Counted from the whole stretch's first letter, positions 1 to 11,847 are shown. The stretch is DNA of 63,618 bases, filler included, from Licmophora abbreviata (GCA_900291995.1; 12 parts of 12 records of this genome joined end to end with filler, not necessarily neighbours in it), one strand, 5' to 3'. The notes: generated from the letters alone by a model not told the origin. Numbers and translations: made by a program.

Positions 1-133
1 CCGAAATAAAGTTTGCTCAAACTTGGCCATAAATCTTTTAGAATTGCTCCGAAATCAGTGCAGAACAGAACAAACAACACTGACACGTACGATCATCTGC
101 ATTAACACACTATTTTTTTACTTGACGACGACG

Positions 134-1074
134 ATGGTATACTTCTTCCAGTCGCGCTGCGGGAACTTTACCATTTACATGGGCAAGGACAAATACGAGA
201 ATGAAGATCTCATCAAGTACGGGCTGCCCGAAGATGTTTGGTTTCACGTCGACGACCTTAGTTCGGCCCATGTCTACCTTCGACTTCATCCGGGCATGAC
301 GCTCGACGATATTTCAGAAGATCTGCTGTTGGATTGTTCATCCCTAGTAAAGGCAAACAGTATACAGGGATGCAAGGTGCGTATCTAACTTGTACAGCGA
401 TACTGTCTGTGCTCCATCGATGTTGCGCTTGACAAACTGACCCATACCTCTCATGATCATGTACTCACGAAACCACATCTTTCTCCTCGTCGACTGTGTG
501 TTGTATCCACCTTAACACAGAAACATTCCGTCTACGTCATCTACACACGATGGAAGAACTTGCTCAAGACGAAGCAAATGGTGGACGGTGCTGTTAGTTT
601 TCATCGCCCAAACAACGTCCGGCGCATCCAAGTCGAAAAGAACAACACAATCGTCCGACAAATCAACAAGTCCAAGACCGAACGCCATCCCGACTTGGCC
701 AAGGAGCAGCAGGATCGACTTACAGAAATGCAAGCGGAAAAGAAGGCCAAGCGGAGGGAAGAAGACAAGCAAAAGCGACTGGCGGATATCGAAGAGAAAC
801 ATCGGCGCGAGGAACTCTCCTACGATCGCATCATGAAGGCGGAACACATGACGAGCAATACAGGTGAGAAGAGCTAATGGAGAGGATCGATCGGTTTGTT
901 ACATTTTTATAATAAGCGAAGCGTCATGGATGGACTCGATGTGCCCCCGGGCTCGCAATGTGTGTCTCGTGTATACAGATTCCTAACTTGTGAAACGTTG
1001 TTTTTGTGAACGAAGAGATTCAAGCTACCGCTGACTCCACGGCGGCGGAAGACTACGAAGACGACTTTTTCTAA
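134..1074 (+). CDS. CCDC25: CCDC25/Jlp2-like NFACT-R domain protein, 3 exons (134-376, 521-863, 1016-1074)
   Basis: Motifs [48 protein letters not shown] and the acidic C-terminus YEDDFF*. GT-AG introns 377-520 and 864-1015 restore one reading frame. Confidence 0.93.
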
Positions 1075-1921
1075 ATTCTGGTTGAAGTGTCCCGTTGCGT
1101 TGGTTTTGGCAGGGAATGCTATAGTTGTATGCTTACTACCGTGGCATAATAGATAACCTATGGAAGCAGATGGTACTGGTATCATGTGTCGACCTCCCAC
1201 ACGAGTGTCAATTCGTTTTCATCGACTACACACCATCTCAGCAAGCAGCACAGATCAACTTGAACACGGTCGACACAACCCAATCTATCCTCTCTTTCGG
1301 TTCGTGGAGAGGAAACGATTGGCTTGTTTTCCCTGTAGCATTTGTAGCTGCTCTACCTTACTTGATGAAGCTTCATGAACATACAGCCTCTGATGGGTAC
1401 GACTGTAGTGGAGGATCGGCCCACTACCTGCTCAGTCCTACAAGCAAATTGGAGGCTATGAGAAGTTGTACGCTGGTCTTTGCCCGCAGCTCCAAAGGGA
1501 TGCAACATAGCGCTCCACAGCTCTCCTCTAACGTCGTGTCGTCTCGAACGCAGTAGTGAGGCAATGAAGGACCACATTTTGGTACAATTCGTCGTACTCG
1601 CATCCGACATGCGTTCACGAGTTCTTTTCATTCCATGGGACTTGACTCACTTCCTCGGAAGTAGAGGAAATGGTGACTGACTCTTCGGAAGCAGACTGCT
1701 TCGACCAAGCTGAAAGCGTCGAGTGAGTCGAGTCGAGTCGCGCGGGAAATCGGTTTCAAATTTCTACTCCACCAACAGACACCAAAATTCTCGCACGGCG
1801 CGCGTTTTTTTGGATAGATCTTTTCGCGGGATCTTTTGCAGGACGCCCGCGACGATGTCGAAAGGAGCGGCTGCGCTGCCCTGCGCTTTGTGGTCCACCA
1901 GCGAACTACAATATCGATACG

Positions 1922-2605
1922 ATGCGCCTTCGTTGCATGAGAAAGTCCTCGCTGCTCTTGGTTTGCTCCTTTCATCGGATTCATGCGTTTCTACCGACTG
2001 GTCATCAGACAATCATTCGACAGAGCTACATCATGAGACGGAAGCAAAGAGGGGCAGTGCCATCCCTTCGACATGCATCCACCACCGACGACAGTTCGCC
2101 TCAAACAACGAGCTTCTTTTTACTCAAATCGGAACCATCTGAGTTTTCTATTGACGATTTAAAGAATCAGAAAGGATCCATGGATGAGTGGGATGGGGTT
2201 CGCAACTTTGAAGCACGCAACATTATGCGGTCTATGAAGGTAGGCGACAAGGCGTTTTTCTACCATTCCAACTGCAAAAATGCGGGAGTGGTAGGGACAG
2301 TCACGATATCGAGAGAAGCCATACCAGATGTAACAGCCTATGAGGATCCAAGTTGTCCGGGGTATGATCCCAAGTCCACGGCGGAGAACTGCCGGTGGGA
2401 CGCTGTACAAATTCGGCTCGAGTCTATTTTCCCCGTCACCGTGACCTTGAAGGAAATGAAGAGTGTGGCAAAGCAGCACCCGATCATTGAAGATATGACA
2501 CTATTGAAACGCGGTCGTCTGAGTGTGCATCGTATCAGCTCAGAGGAGTGGGCGGCCGTCAATGACTTAGTCGATCGAAAAGCGGGGGGTGATACTCTAA
2601 TCTGA
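1922..2605 (+). CDS. EVE-domain (THYN1-like) protein with N-terminal extension
   Basis: Motifs LLKSEP..FSIDDL, WDGVRNFEARN.MRSMKVGD.AFFYHSNCK, YDPKS and RGRLSV are diagnostic of the EVE domain. Confidence 0.9.
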   Translation: MRLRCMRKSSLLLVCSFHRIHAFLPTGHQTIIRQSYIMRRKQRGAVPSLRHASTTDDSSPQTTSFFLLKSEPSEFSIDDLKNQKGSMDEWDGVRNFEARNIMRSMKVGDKAFFYHSNCKNAGVVGTVTISREAIPDVTAYEDPSCPGYDPKSTAENCRWDAVQIRLESIFPVTVTLKEMKSVAKQHPIIEDMTLLKRGRLSVHRISSEEWAAVNDLVDRKAGGDTLI

Positions 2606-3018
2606 GGGGGGTGAGTCAAGGGCGACCAGAATCGAATCGTCAAAGCTCTCTTTTGCACTTGGATACCGGTACCGCACGATCTACCAGCAAAGCCCTCAAT
2701 CCAAATGCTGATGCCACGACAGAGTGTCAATCATCACTCGCACGCTTGAATCGAAGTTTACTTCAGTCAACTGGCAGACATGCCTTGCCTATGAAGACCA
2801 CTGCACTTGCTCCTGGTAGAGAGAAAGATACTTCGCTCCCTAAGAGCATGATATAACGGTCTTCTTAACTAAAGTGGTCGGCCAATTTCAAAGTAGTTTA
2901 CGGCATTTTTCGTCTTGAAACTTATCCTTGACTGGTCAGTCCTCCGTGTGTGATTTGATTGGCTGTTCAACGGTGTTCGTACCTCTCGGATTTCAATATT
3001 TAGTGCACGTATGATAGA

Positions 3019-3643
3019 TACACTTTCAAACAAAAACATGAACATCTGCCGTCGTGAAAGCCCTTTTACTAGGCGCGCGCAAAATTTTGGCGCCCTCCAA
3101 CACATCAAAACCGCGAAGGGACGCGTGACTTGTAAAAGCAGTTCAACCTGCCACAAGTTTCTGAACACGTTGTTCACGTCCCAAGGCCCATCAATCGTCC
3201 TCTCCGTGTGCGTTGGCGTACAAGGGTTTCCGATCACTGGGGTTTAGAAATCTGAAGCTTGGAAAGGAGACGAGCGACCGCCAGAATTGTCAGAACATNN
3301 NNNNNNNNNNNNNNNNNNNNNNNNNNNNNNNNNNNNNNNNNNTTAATTAATTAANNNNNNNNNNNNNNNNNNNNNNNNNNNNNNNNNNNNNNNNNNNNTA
3401 CACTTTCAAAAACATGAACATCTCCCGTCGTGAAAGCCCCCTTACTAGGCGCGCGCAAAATTTTGGCGCCCTCCAACACATCCAAACCGCGAAAGGGACG
3501 CGTGACTTGTAAAAGCAGTTCAACCTGCCCACAAGTTTCTGAACACGTTGTTCACGTCCCAAGGCAAGGGTTTCCGATCACTGGGGTTTAGAAATCTGAA
3601 GCTTGGAAAGGAGACGAGCGACCGCCAGAATTGTCAGAGCATG
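3019..3643. repeat. Imperfect duplication across a gap (3019-3298 vs 3399-3643), probably overlapping contig ends or alleles
   Basis: The same sequence lies on both sides of the linker, differing by homopolymer lengths and a 34-nt indel. Confidence 0.85.
3299..3398. other. Artificial 100-nt scaffolding linker N44-TTAATTAATTAA-N44 (also at 15501, 18507, 28980, 44172, 48206, 51786, 56945, 58720, 59944, 61667)
   Basis: Eleven identical blocks. The core has stop codons in all six frames, and the blocks interrupt conserved genes. Confidence 0.97.
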
Positions 3644-6493
3644 TCGTCGCGACAACAACAAAAAATGACGGCGGCGCCATCAGCGACGGGGCCGATGCAG
3701 CAAAGTCGAGATGGAAACGGGCGCTTGTCCATTGAAGAAAAAATCGAACTTTTGGAAACTCGCTTTACAAGACCTTCTCCGGGAGGGGTGGCTCACGGCA
3801 ACAGCTTGGAGAACTCACAGCAAGGAATCTTGAATTCCTCTACGACTGAGTCTCAACATTCATTTTCATTTGACCCTCCGTCGGGATCACGATTAAGCGC
3901 CATCGACTCCAACATCTCAGCCCCTTCAAACCTACCCTCCCACTCAGTTCGATCGAAAAGAAAGTCGCCGCAGACGTCTTCCTTGCAGGCTGTCCATTTG
4001 GCCGCGGAACGTCAAATGCGAAAAATGCGATCGTCAACCCCAGTTCTGGGGGGAAGTTTTAGCTTGCAAGACCAGGAGCGGTCCTTGTCAGCTCTGGCCT
4101 CCCCTCCCTTGTCGCTTGGTTCCGCGTCAAACCAGACGCTGCTGACCTCTCATGTTAAGAACACGCCATCGGACTCTGCACCTCAGGTGGTCGTTGAGTC
4201 TCCACCGACGCTAACAACGTCTGGAGGGCAAGAGGCCATGGCCGCCGAAAAACCAAAGGCAGCACGACCCCTCCTGGGACCGGTGAGTGTCATTGCTATC
4301 GCTACTGTAGTCTTGTGCCTGTTTGTTTTGTTGTTGCAACCTCGTCTTGAAGCATTTTTGTTGTTGTCCGGGATTCACATTTTTTCCCTTTTTTCATCAG
4401 ATGGATAAGCGCAAGTCTGTACCGGTCAAACGGGAGCTTCCATCTGTCACGGAGGCGTCTTCCGCAGCAGGCAAGAATGTCACACCCTCTGCATCTTCTC
4501 GGAAACGTGGTCGTCTTCAATTTTCGTCGGATGTAGCAGAGCCCCGCAGTCCCAAAGCTCATCACGCGGCCTTGTCGGAACATGCTACCAACTCACGCGA
4601 CAGGTCGAATCCAGGAAAGGGCAAGGGTGTCAAAACACCGCGAAACAACACCCTTATTCGCGACTTTTTCAATACAGCTATAAAGAGTCGCGCCGCTGCT
4701 TCTGAAGAACGTGCCGACGCCGACCCAGCACGAGCGCGATCGACATCAGAGTCGTCGGCGTTTGCTACCGTCGCCCAGGGGCCACGTGAAAGCGAATGGC
4801 TGCGCCAGAGGTGCCAAGAACTGGAACAGAGGTGCAATGACAAGGAAGAGCAACTGAAAGCGGTCTCTAACAATCAGACAATTCTGCACACGGCACTCAG
4901 AGCGTCGCTCGCGAAAAAGGAGCAAGAGCTGGACCAAGCCTTGAAGGCGAAAGAGAAGCACACTGCCGTGACGTCGCTTGTGATTGAAAAACTAATTCGA
5001 TCGGACAGCGCCCGCGAAGCGAACGCGCTGCGCCAGAAACTCGCAAGCGACGGCGCTCGACTCGGTCGTATTGTGTACACTCGTGCCGGGATGCGCGCCG
5101 TGGAGAGCTGGGAGGAGGGCAATGCCTCGAAGCTTCTTCGCAAACAACGCTCGGAGCTTGTCGTCAAGCGCACTGCACTGGAAAAACGACAAGCCGCAGC
5201 ACGTGGCGCCGCCGATCAGCTAGCCAATAAAGAGAACGCCGGTGTTGATGGTCCGCAGGTGGACGCGCTCGGGGTAATCGAGGCGGAAGAGTCGGTACGC
5301 CTCCATCTCGATTCACTTCGTAAGAAAGAGTTTGAACTAGAGGAAGAGGAGCGGACACTCAACCTTGAAAAAGCAGAACACATCCGTGCGCTTAAGCGAG
5401 TCGCCAGTGAAGATTCTTCGAGGTTCCGTGGGCGACCAAAGGTAAGAGGGTGGCTATGCGTGTCGTTCCTTGAAAGAACGCAATCCCAAAATTGATCGCT
5501 GCGTTGCTCACCGCATGTTTCGTATGGCTTTTCCTTAGCTTCACGACCGATATGTTCTACTGTCCCTTCTTGGAAAGGGTGGCTTTTCTGAAGTCTGGCG
5601 TGCCTACGATCTTACAGAACTCCGTGAGGTTGCTGTTAAAATCCATCAGCTGGACCCGCGTTGGTCCGAAGCGAAAAAGGACAATTACACGAAACACGTT
5701 TCTCGTGAATACGAAATACACCGCGATGTGCGCCACCCACGAATTGTCTCTCTCTTCGATGTTTTTGAGATCGACAACAACTCTTTTGCTACTGTCCTCG
5801 AGCTGTGCAATGGAACAGATCTGGATTCTCTTTTGAAAGCCAGAAAGCGACTGCCTGAGCGCGATGCCCGTGCGATTCTGATCCAGATACTCTCTGGAAT
5901 GCAGTACCTCAGCAGTCCTTCTGGAAACCGACAAGGGATCATTCACTATGATTTGAAACCGGGAAATATTCTGTTTGACGAATATGGGGACGCCAAGATC
6001 ACCGATTTTGGCCTCAGTAAGATTGTCGATGCACCGGACCCAGCCGAAAGTATGGAACTTACGAGCCAGGGGGCCGGTACATACTGGTACCTACCACCAG
6101 AGTGCTTCGTTACGCACCAGAGCGTACGAATTAGGTAAGAAAATGGACATGAGTCGACTTCACCGGCAATATGGTATTGCGACACATTTCCTAACGCGTG
6201 CACATTATCATGTCTGTTGTATCGTTAGTAACAAGGTCGATGTGTGGTCCATTGGAGTCATCTACTACCAGATGCTCTTCGGGAAACGACCCTTTGGTGA
6301 CGGTCTGTCTCAGGACAGGGTCCTTACCGATCACACTATGTTGAATGCCAGGGAAGTCAGATTCCCAGAGAGTCTCGAGATCTCTGGCGAAGGGAAGGAC
6401 TTTCTCAAACAATGCCTGACCTACGACCAGGCATTTCGGCCGTCGATTGGTCAACTTTGCGAAAAAGACTACGTCCTCAAGAAGCACTTTTAG
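3641..6493 (+). CDS. TLK: Tousled-like Ser/Thr kinase, 4 exons (introns 4283-4400, 5442-5538, 6135-6228)
   Basis: Coiled coil with DGARLG, then [51 protein letters not shown] and [17 protein letters not shown]. All splice sites are canonical. Confidence 0.95.
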
Positions 6494-6545
6494 ACATGTT
6501 TATTGTAACAATGCTGCTAATTATCTTTAGAGTTAACGTGTTGGC

Positions 6546-7912
6546 TCATGTGTGCATGTGTCGGTTGTTTGGAAAAGCGCATCCCAATACAACATCAGCA
6601 GCCGCGCGTCCCACGACTTCCATTCGGTAGCCTCCCTCCTGTATGATTACTGTTGGCAGTCCATGAATACAAGACCCAATAATTTCTCCCATTTTTCGGT
6701 AGTCGTCACCAGAGAGACAAAAACCGGCTCGGCGAATCGCACACGGGTCGCCCTCGTGCGTATCCAGTCCCAGCGACACGACGATAGCCTTGGCGCCGAA
6801 CGATTCAATCCGTTCGAGGGCTGATATCAGAGCTGCCTCGTATGCGTCCCATTTAGTCCCCGGTGGGAGAGGGAGATGCAGCGTCGCCCCAACCCCTTCT
6901 CCTTCTCCACTTTGGTCTGCAAAGCCACTGTGAAACGGATAGTCCCAGTCTGGATCGCAGTGAAGTGACGCCACCAGCACCGTCGGGTCGCTATAAAAGA
7001 TAGAAGTTGTACCATTGCCGCAGTGGTAATCTGCGCGTGCGTCCATCAACAGATATCAACCCGTCAGATGGTATGCTTTCGGGGCAAAACAAACGCGAAA
7101 TGACGCCCAAAGTGACAGGAGGGGTTGCCGTCCTCTTAGTAGTACGTACCGACATCCAGAATGGCAACATTTCCCTTGACGCGATCTTGCAACAGTCTGG
7201 CAGCTCGCGCCGCATGATTGACATAACAGTATCCACCGAAGGATTCCCGAGCCGCGTGATGCCCTGGATGAGTCGGAAGTGCATACGCCACTACCCCGTG
7301 AGACTGTAAGGCTGACTCGACAGCCATGTTGACGATCGAAGCATCCATGACGAGCTCTTGCCAGAGCGATGCAAAGATGGGCGTGCAGTTGTCGGTACAA
7401 TAATATCCAACCTGTCCCATGACATTCGTGGAGGGTCTCTGACTTGGGTCTCTGCCCAGAGGAACATTGATGGGAATGAGAGCAGGAACTGAACGACTGT
7501 GATCGCCCTCTGCGTCGGCAGTCTTTAGAAAGCTGGCTTCGTCTCGTCCCTCCTCGCCGAGCGCCACCCATCTTGTCCAGGCAGACGACAGAAAATTCAG
7601 CAAGTTACCATCATGCACCGCTTGATAAGAAGATAGACTTGTTTCCATAGTAGACGGATTCACAAAGTGAACATTGCAGGATGGGAAAGAGCGTGATGCT
7701 TCCTCATCTGCTTCTGCTAAGAGTGCTTTCAGTATGAGCGCTCGGCGGAACCGGGGATGGTTAAAATCATCTAGCGCATCAGCAGCGACCTCTTGTGGGC
7801 TCAAAATAGGATTTCCATCGTTATCGACTTCAATGGACGTAGGGGAGATCACATGCGACACTACACTCAATGCTGGATGAGTTGGCGCAGTAGCAGTCAG
7901 TGGCTCCGCCAT
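6546..7912 (-). CDS. Zn-dependent deacetylase, HDAC/acetylpolyamine amidohydrolase family (intron 7031-7149)
   Basis: HPGHHA, GGYCYVN, spliced LDVDYHCGNGT, SLGLDTHEGDP and QEGGY; catalytic and metal-binding residues are intact. Start could alternatively be 7957. Confidence 0.88.
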
Positions 7913-8146
7913 GGTGCCGCGGTAAAACTGATGATGCTGAAGGTGTGCGAGTGTCATCCTGAGCGGCTCGCTTTTAGATCTAAATAAGTTCCATTAGTGT
8001 TTTGCATCAGCGAAGTGAGGCTTGGACGTCAGGGATTCTGGAGGTATATCTTTTTCGAAAAGATCCAAAAGATCCAAAAAGCGCGATGCGATGATGATGA
8101 TGCACTATGTTGCGGTTTTGGCAGTATATACTACTTCACAGGGACC

Positions 8147-10450
8147 ATGCGAGCGCTCCGACGACTGTTTCCCTCTTCGAACAGGCTAGGGCGATATGAA
8201 ATGTGTCGACATCTTGAATCTTCGTCGTCATGTTGTTATTGGAAACGACCGAGACATTCCAAATCGATGAGTTTCGATGCTCGGTTGGCTAGTGCATCGT
8301 CATTCCAAAGTCCGTCATCGGGCTATCGTCGATTTTGCTCAGCACGTACAATCAGCGAAGAGGACTTTGAGCGATATCGCGAGCCGTCCGATACATTACT
8401 GAAAGAGATTCAAGCCGAGAACGCTCGAACTCAGGAGTACCTGTCGCCTGGATTGCAAACGCAGATTGCCCGGGAAATTCAAGAGGCGACAGCGACTCTC
8501 CTGGAGACAGTCCCCGAACTTGGTCCTTCCGGACAGTATCTATATTATGCACAGGATGACAGTATTGGTACACGACGATACGTTCGCGAGATCGTGTCAA
8601 CAGGTCATCATCAGCTTGCTTTGAATGTATCTCTACAGAAGTATCAGTTGCACTCCATGTCCTTGTCCGTTGACGAAGAATATCTTGCATACTTGGTCAG
8701 CGAAACTTCAAGCCAATCGATTCTATCGATGCAAGTTCGAGTACGACACGTAGAAACGGAGCAGGAGTTCATTGTTCCCTTGGGTGATCATGACAAAGTT
8801 GGAAATATAGAATTTGGTCCTATCAATGCGCTCGATGGCAGTCACAGCATGTTCTACACAACCTCCAATTCAGCCGGACGACCCCACGCAGTCTGGGCAG
8901 TATCCGTGATGCCTGACCTTACTATCACAGAGCCTATAAAGATCTATCAATGCGACAATGATGCCGCCATGGTGGATGTTCAGCGGACCAAAGGCTGCCA
9001 GTTTGTGGCCATCAGCGCATCAACCAAAACGAGCAATGAGCTACGATTGGTTGGAGATTTACATCGGCCCTCGGTGCTCGTGCGAGAAAGACAGGAAGGG
9101 GTACAATATCACGTTGATGTTGGGGTGGACGGAGACGTCTTAGTGCTCGCACATGCTGTTGAACCGAATCATGCTTCTGGTCTTGATGAGGAGTTGACTT
9201 TGTTTGATACTAGCATTGTAGAGCTTCCCCTTGGCAGATCGTTTGGAACACGATTCGACGCGCCGGCGGATGAATTCGTTGTCACTGATATGGACATGTT
9301 TCAAGATTTCATCGCGCTCTTCGAGCGATCGACTATCGATGGGGGACAGCGTGTGCGTGTCGCGTCGCGCAAGGCTCACGGCGACTCTGGTCGCGTGGTT
9401 CCACTTCCGTATCCCAATCAAGATTGTGCAGTCTTGACACCCGGCGGCAACATGTGGTATCAGAGTAGCGTGTTGCGTTTCTGTATGGAGACACCGTGTA
9501 GACCGCGACGCACCTACACCTACGACGTCTCCAACGACAACATGCAGTGCCTTGGACAAGAGAATGATGCTGCCTTAGCTTCGGACTATATTGAACGGAG
9601 GGTACTGGTCAGCAGTAGCGATGGCACGAAGATACCGCTAAGTCTGATTTGTAGAAGGGACGCTCTGCCTTCGTCCACACAGCACCGCCCCACCTTGTTG
9701 ATTGGATACGGTGCGTACGGCGAACCCGTTTACAACGGTTTTGATCCAACGCTTCTTCCTCTCGTTGACCGTGGCTTCACCATTGCATATGCTCATACAC
9801 GTGGCGGTGGAGATCTGGGGCGAGCATGGTACCGTGCTGGTAGTCTGTACAACAAGATTCGCGCGATCGAGGACTACCTCGCTTGTGCCGAGGCACTTGT
9901 TAAGACTCTTGGTGTTGCTGACTCTGGTTCACTGTTTGGGAAATCGTTTTCGGCTGGCGGTGTCCTTGTAGCTGCAGCCGTCGAAAAGAACCGGTCGTTA
10001 TTCAGGGGTGTCGTGTTGACAAATCCGTTCCTGGATGTCGCGGGTTCGGCGAGCCATGCCAGCTGGCTAAGGGAGCATGAATGGGACGAGTGGGGCAATC
10101 CAGCACTAGATGCCAAAGCTGCTGCGTGTATTGCTCGATACTGTCCAATGTCAAACCTATCAACGCAACCATATCCCTCAATGCTTCTGGTCGGAACCCT
10201 CGACGATGTCCACGTTCCCTACTGGCATCCATATGTTTACGCTTTGAAAGTTCGTCGAAATTTACGAGAACAAGGCTCCGATTCGACTGACGGTGTGCAC
10301 TTGCACATTGAACAGACGGGAGGCCACCACATGCATGGGAGACGACTTGATATTGCCTCTATGGAAGTATCGTTCATTCTCACTGTCCTAAATGAGCAGC
10401 TAGAAGAGCCCGGAACGGTTGGGCAGGACCATGGCTCTCGATCTAGCTAG
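8147..10450 (+). CDS. Prolyl oligopeptidase family S9A (oligopeptidase B/PREPL-like)
   Basis: GYGAYG, AHTRGGGDLG..WY, nucleophile SFSAGG, EWDEWGNP, DDVHVPYW and GGHH. The N-terminus is Arg/Ser-rich, like an organellar presequence. Confidence 0.9.
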   Translation: MRALRRLFPSSNRLGRYEMCRHLESSSSCCYWKRPRHSKSMSFDARLASASSFQSPSSGYRRFCSARTISEEDFERYREPSDTLLKEIQAENARTQEYLSPGLQTQIAREIQEATATLLETVPELGPSGQYLYYAQDDSIGTRRYVREIVSTGHHQLALNVSLQKYQLHSMSLSVDEEYLAYLVSETSSQSILSMQVRVRHVETEQEFIVPLGDHDKVGNIEFGPINALDGSHSMFYTTSNSAGRPHAVWAVSVMPDLTITEPIKIYQCDNDAAMVDVQRTKGCQFVAISASTKTSNELRLVGDLHRPSVLVRERQEGVQYHVDVGVDGDVLVLAHAVEPNHASGLDEELTLFDTSIVELPLGRSFGTRFDAPADEFVVTDMDMFQDFIALFERSTIDGGQRVRVASRKAHGDSGRVVPLPYPNQDCAVLTPGGNMWYQSSVLRFCMETPCRPRRTYTYDVSNDNMQCLGQENDAALASDYIERRVLVSSSDGTKIPLSLICRRDALPSSTQHRPTLLIGYGAYGEPVYNGFDPTLLPLVDRGFTIAYAHTRGGGDLGRAWYRAGSLYNKIRAIEDYLACAEALVKTLGVADSGSLFGKSFSAGGVLVAAAVEKNRSLFRGVVLTNPFLDVAGSASHASWLREHEWDEWGNPALDAKAAACIARYCPMSNLSTQPYPSMLLVGTLDDVHVPYWHPYVYALKVRRNLREQGSDSTDGVHLHIEQTGGHHMHGRRLDIASMEVSFILTVLNEQLEEPGTVGQDHGSRSS

Positions 10451-10840
10451 TGACTTGGAGTGTACCTGGTACGCAAATGCTTAGATTCGAAGTTATTGAG
10501 AAACTACCGTACAGACGGTAGGTAACATAGCTCTCGCGCATCTTATACAAGCCATCAACGTCTAGGCACATCGATGGTGAAGCAGAACGGCACTGCGATC
10601 ACAGACCTGTCGTGCTGTCTTAGGCCCCATCGATCGCTTCGTCGCGCGCGCACCCCCACAAAATCTGCATCGCATCTCACTTGTATCTCATGGCGCAATC
10701 TCTCTCATCAGTGACGCCGCGTGGTCAGTCACGACCATATTGATGTCGAGTACCAGTGCGGTGGGGATGCCGCCGTCGCTGCGACCGCCCGCATCGTTTG
10801 ACGGTTTGTCGCTGATTTCGTGACTCGAAATTCCACGGGA

Positions 10841-11692
10841 ATGATGTCAAAAGTTTCAAGACAATTCATGTCGAGTGTGCCCGCAATACAGCAACATCAC
10901 CACCGGCTACTGCGGCATCGGCTGCTCGTGATACCGTCAAAGGCACTCTCGTTACTACAAAGGGGTAACTCTGTCGTCGTTCATCGAGGTACTCATCTAG
11001 CTGGCTTTTCTTGTTCCACATTTCGCTCGCGGCGGTGGATGACGACAGCCTATTCTGGCGAACCTGGCGATGGGAAGCTTGACATGGAAAATCTGTCCTT
11101 TATCCCGGATCGAACCACAATCCTCAACGGAAGAAAAGTCGAAGTAGGACCCTTTAAAGAATCTGAGTGGCTTCGGGGAATGGAACTCATGAATCTGATC
11201 ATTCAGGAAGGGAAATCATGGCCATTTGAAGAAGAGTTCCCGACGGTGGATACGTATCGTGGATACTTCCTATCGCACACGGCCTTCGTCGTGCGATCCT
11301 TGGAAGAGGGCGTGGACAACGAGGGAGGAACATCGCCGGTGGGAGATGTGCTTGGGTGCTTTTATGTTAAACCGAACTATCCCGGGCGATGTTCCCATAT
11401 CTGCAACGGAGGATTCATTACGGCGCCCAACTTTCGGAGAATGGGTGTGGCGAAGCTCATGGGCAAGACATTTCTGCGAGCAGCACGTGGGCTTGGATAC
11501 AAGTCGGCTTATTTTAACCTTGTGTTCAAGTCCAATGCTGCCTCGGTTGCGTTGTGGGAATCACTAGGATTCGAGCGAGTTGCCATGTTGGAGAATGCTG
11601 CGAGATTGCAAGGCGTCGATGGACTCGATACGGCATACGGATACCGGTATGATCTCGAAACTTTGTCAGACGACGACTGCCGTATGATATAA
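10841..11692 (+). CDS. GNAT N-acetyltransferase, Mpr1/Spt10-like
   Basis: LGCFYVKPNYPGRCSHICNGGF, acetyl-CoA motif RRMGVA, and YFNLVFKSN..SVALWESLGF. Confidence 0.85.
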   Translation: MMSKVSRQFMSSVPAIQQHHHRLLRHRLLVIPSKALSLLQRGNSVVVHRGTHLAGFSCSTFRSRRWMTTAYSGEPGDGKLDMENLSFIPDRTTILNGRKVEVGPFKESEWLRGMELMNLIIQEGKSWPFEEEFPTVDTYRGYFLSHTAFVVRSLEEGVDNEGGTSPVGDVLGCFYVKPNYPGRCSHICNGGFITAPNFRRMGVAKLMGKTFLRAARGLGYKSAYFNLVFKSNAASVALWESLGFERVAMLENAARLQGVDGLDTAYGYRYDLETLSDDDCRMI

Positions 11693-11847
11693 TGAGATCA
11701 ATAATTACATCGCATCGCATGAATACCGCGCCAATGGACCTCTTAATACGTTTGGTCCGAGTTTCAACGTACCACGGAGCGCCGACGCCTCGTTTTCCAA
11801 CGCAATGCTGCTTGCCAACCTTATATTCACTACGTAGTTCATCAATG

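Noticed and set aside
1125..1680. Short ORFs between CCDC25 and the EVE gene
   Set aside because: They have non-ATG or weak starts, no motifs and no convincing splice structure; treated as intergenic.
3343..3354. Palindromic TTAATTAATTAA recurring 11 times, superficially like a repeat array or insertion target site
   Set aside because: It is always centred in exactly 44+44 Ns and interrupts conserved genes. It is an artificial all-frame-stop scaffolding linker.
3019..3643. Direct repeats flanking gaps as LTRs or transposon ends
   Set aside because: There are no TG..CA termini, TIRs, target-site duplications or transposase/RT ORFs, and the repeats exactly abut the linkers.
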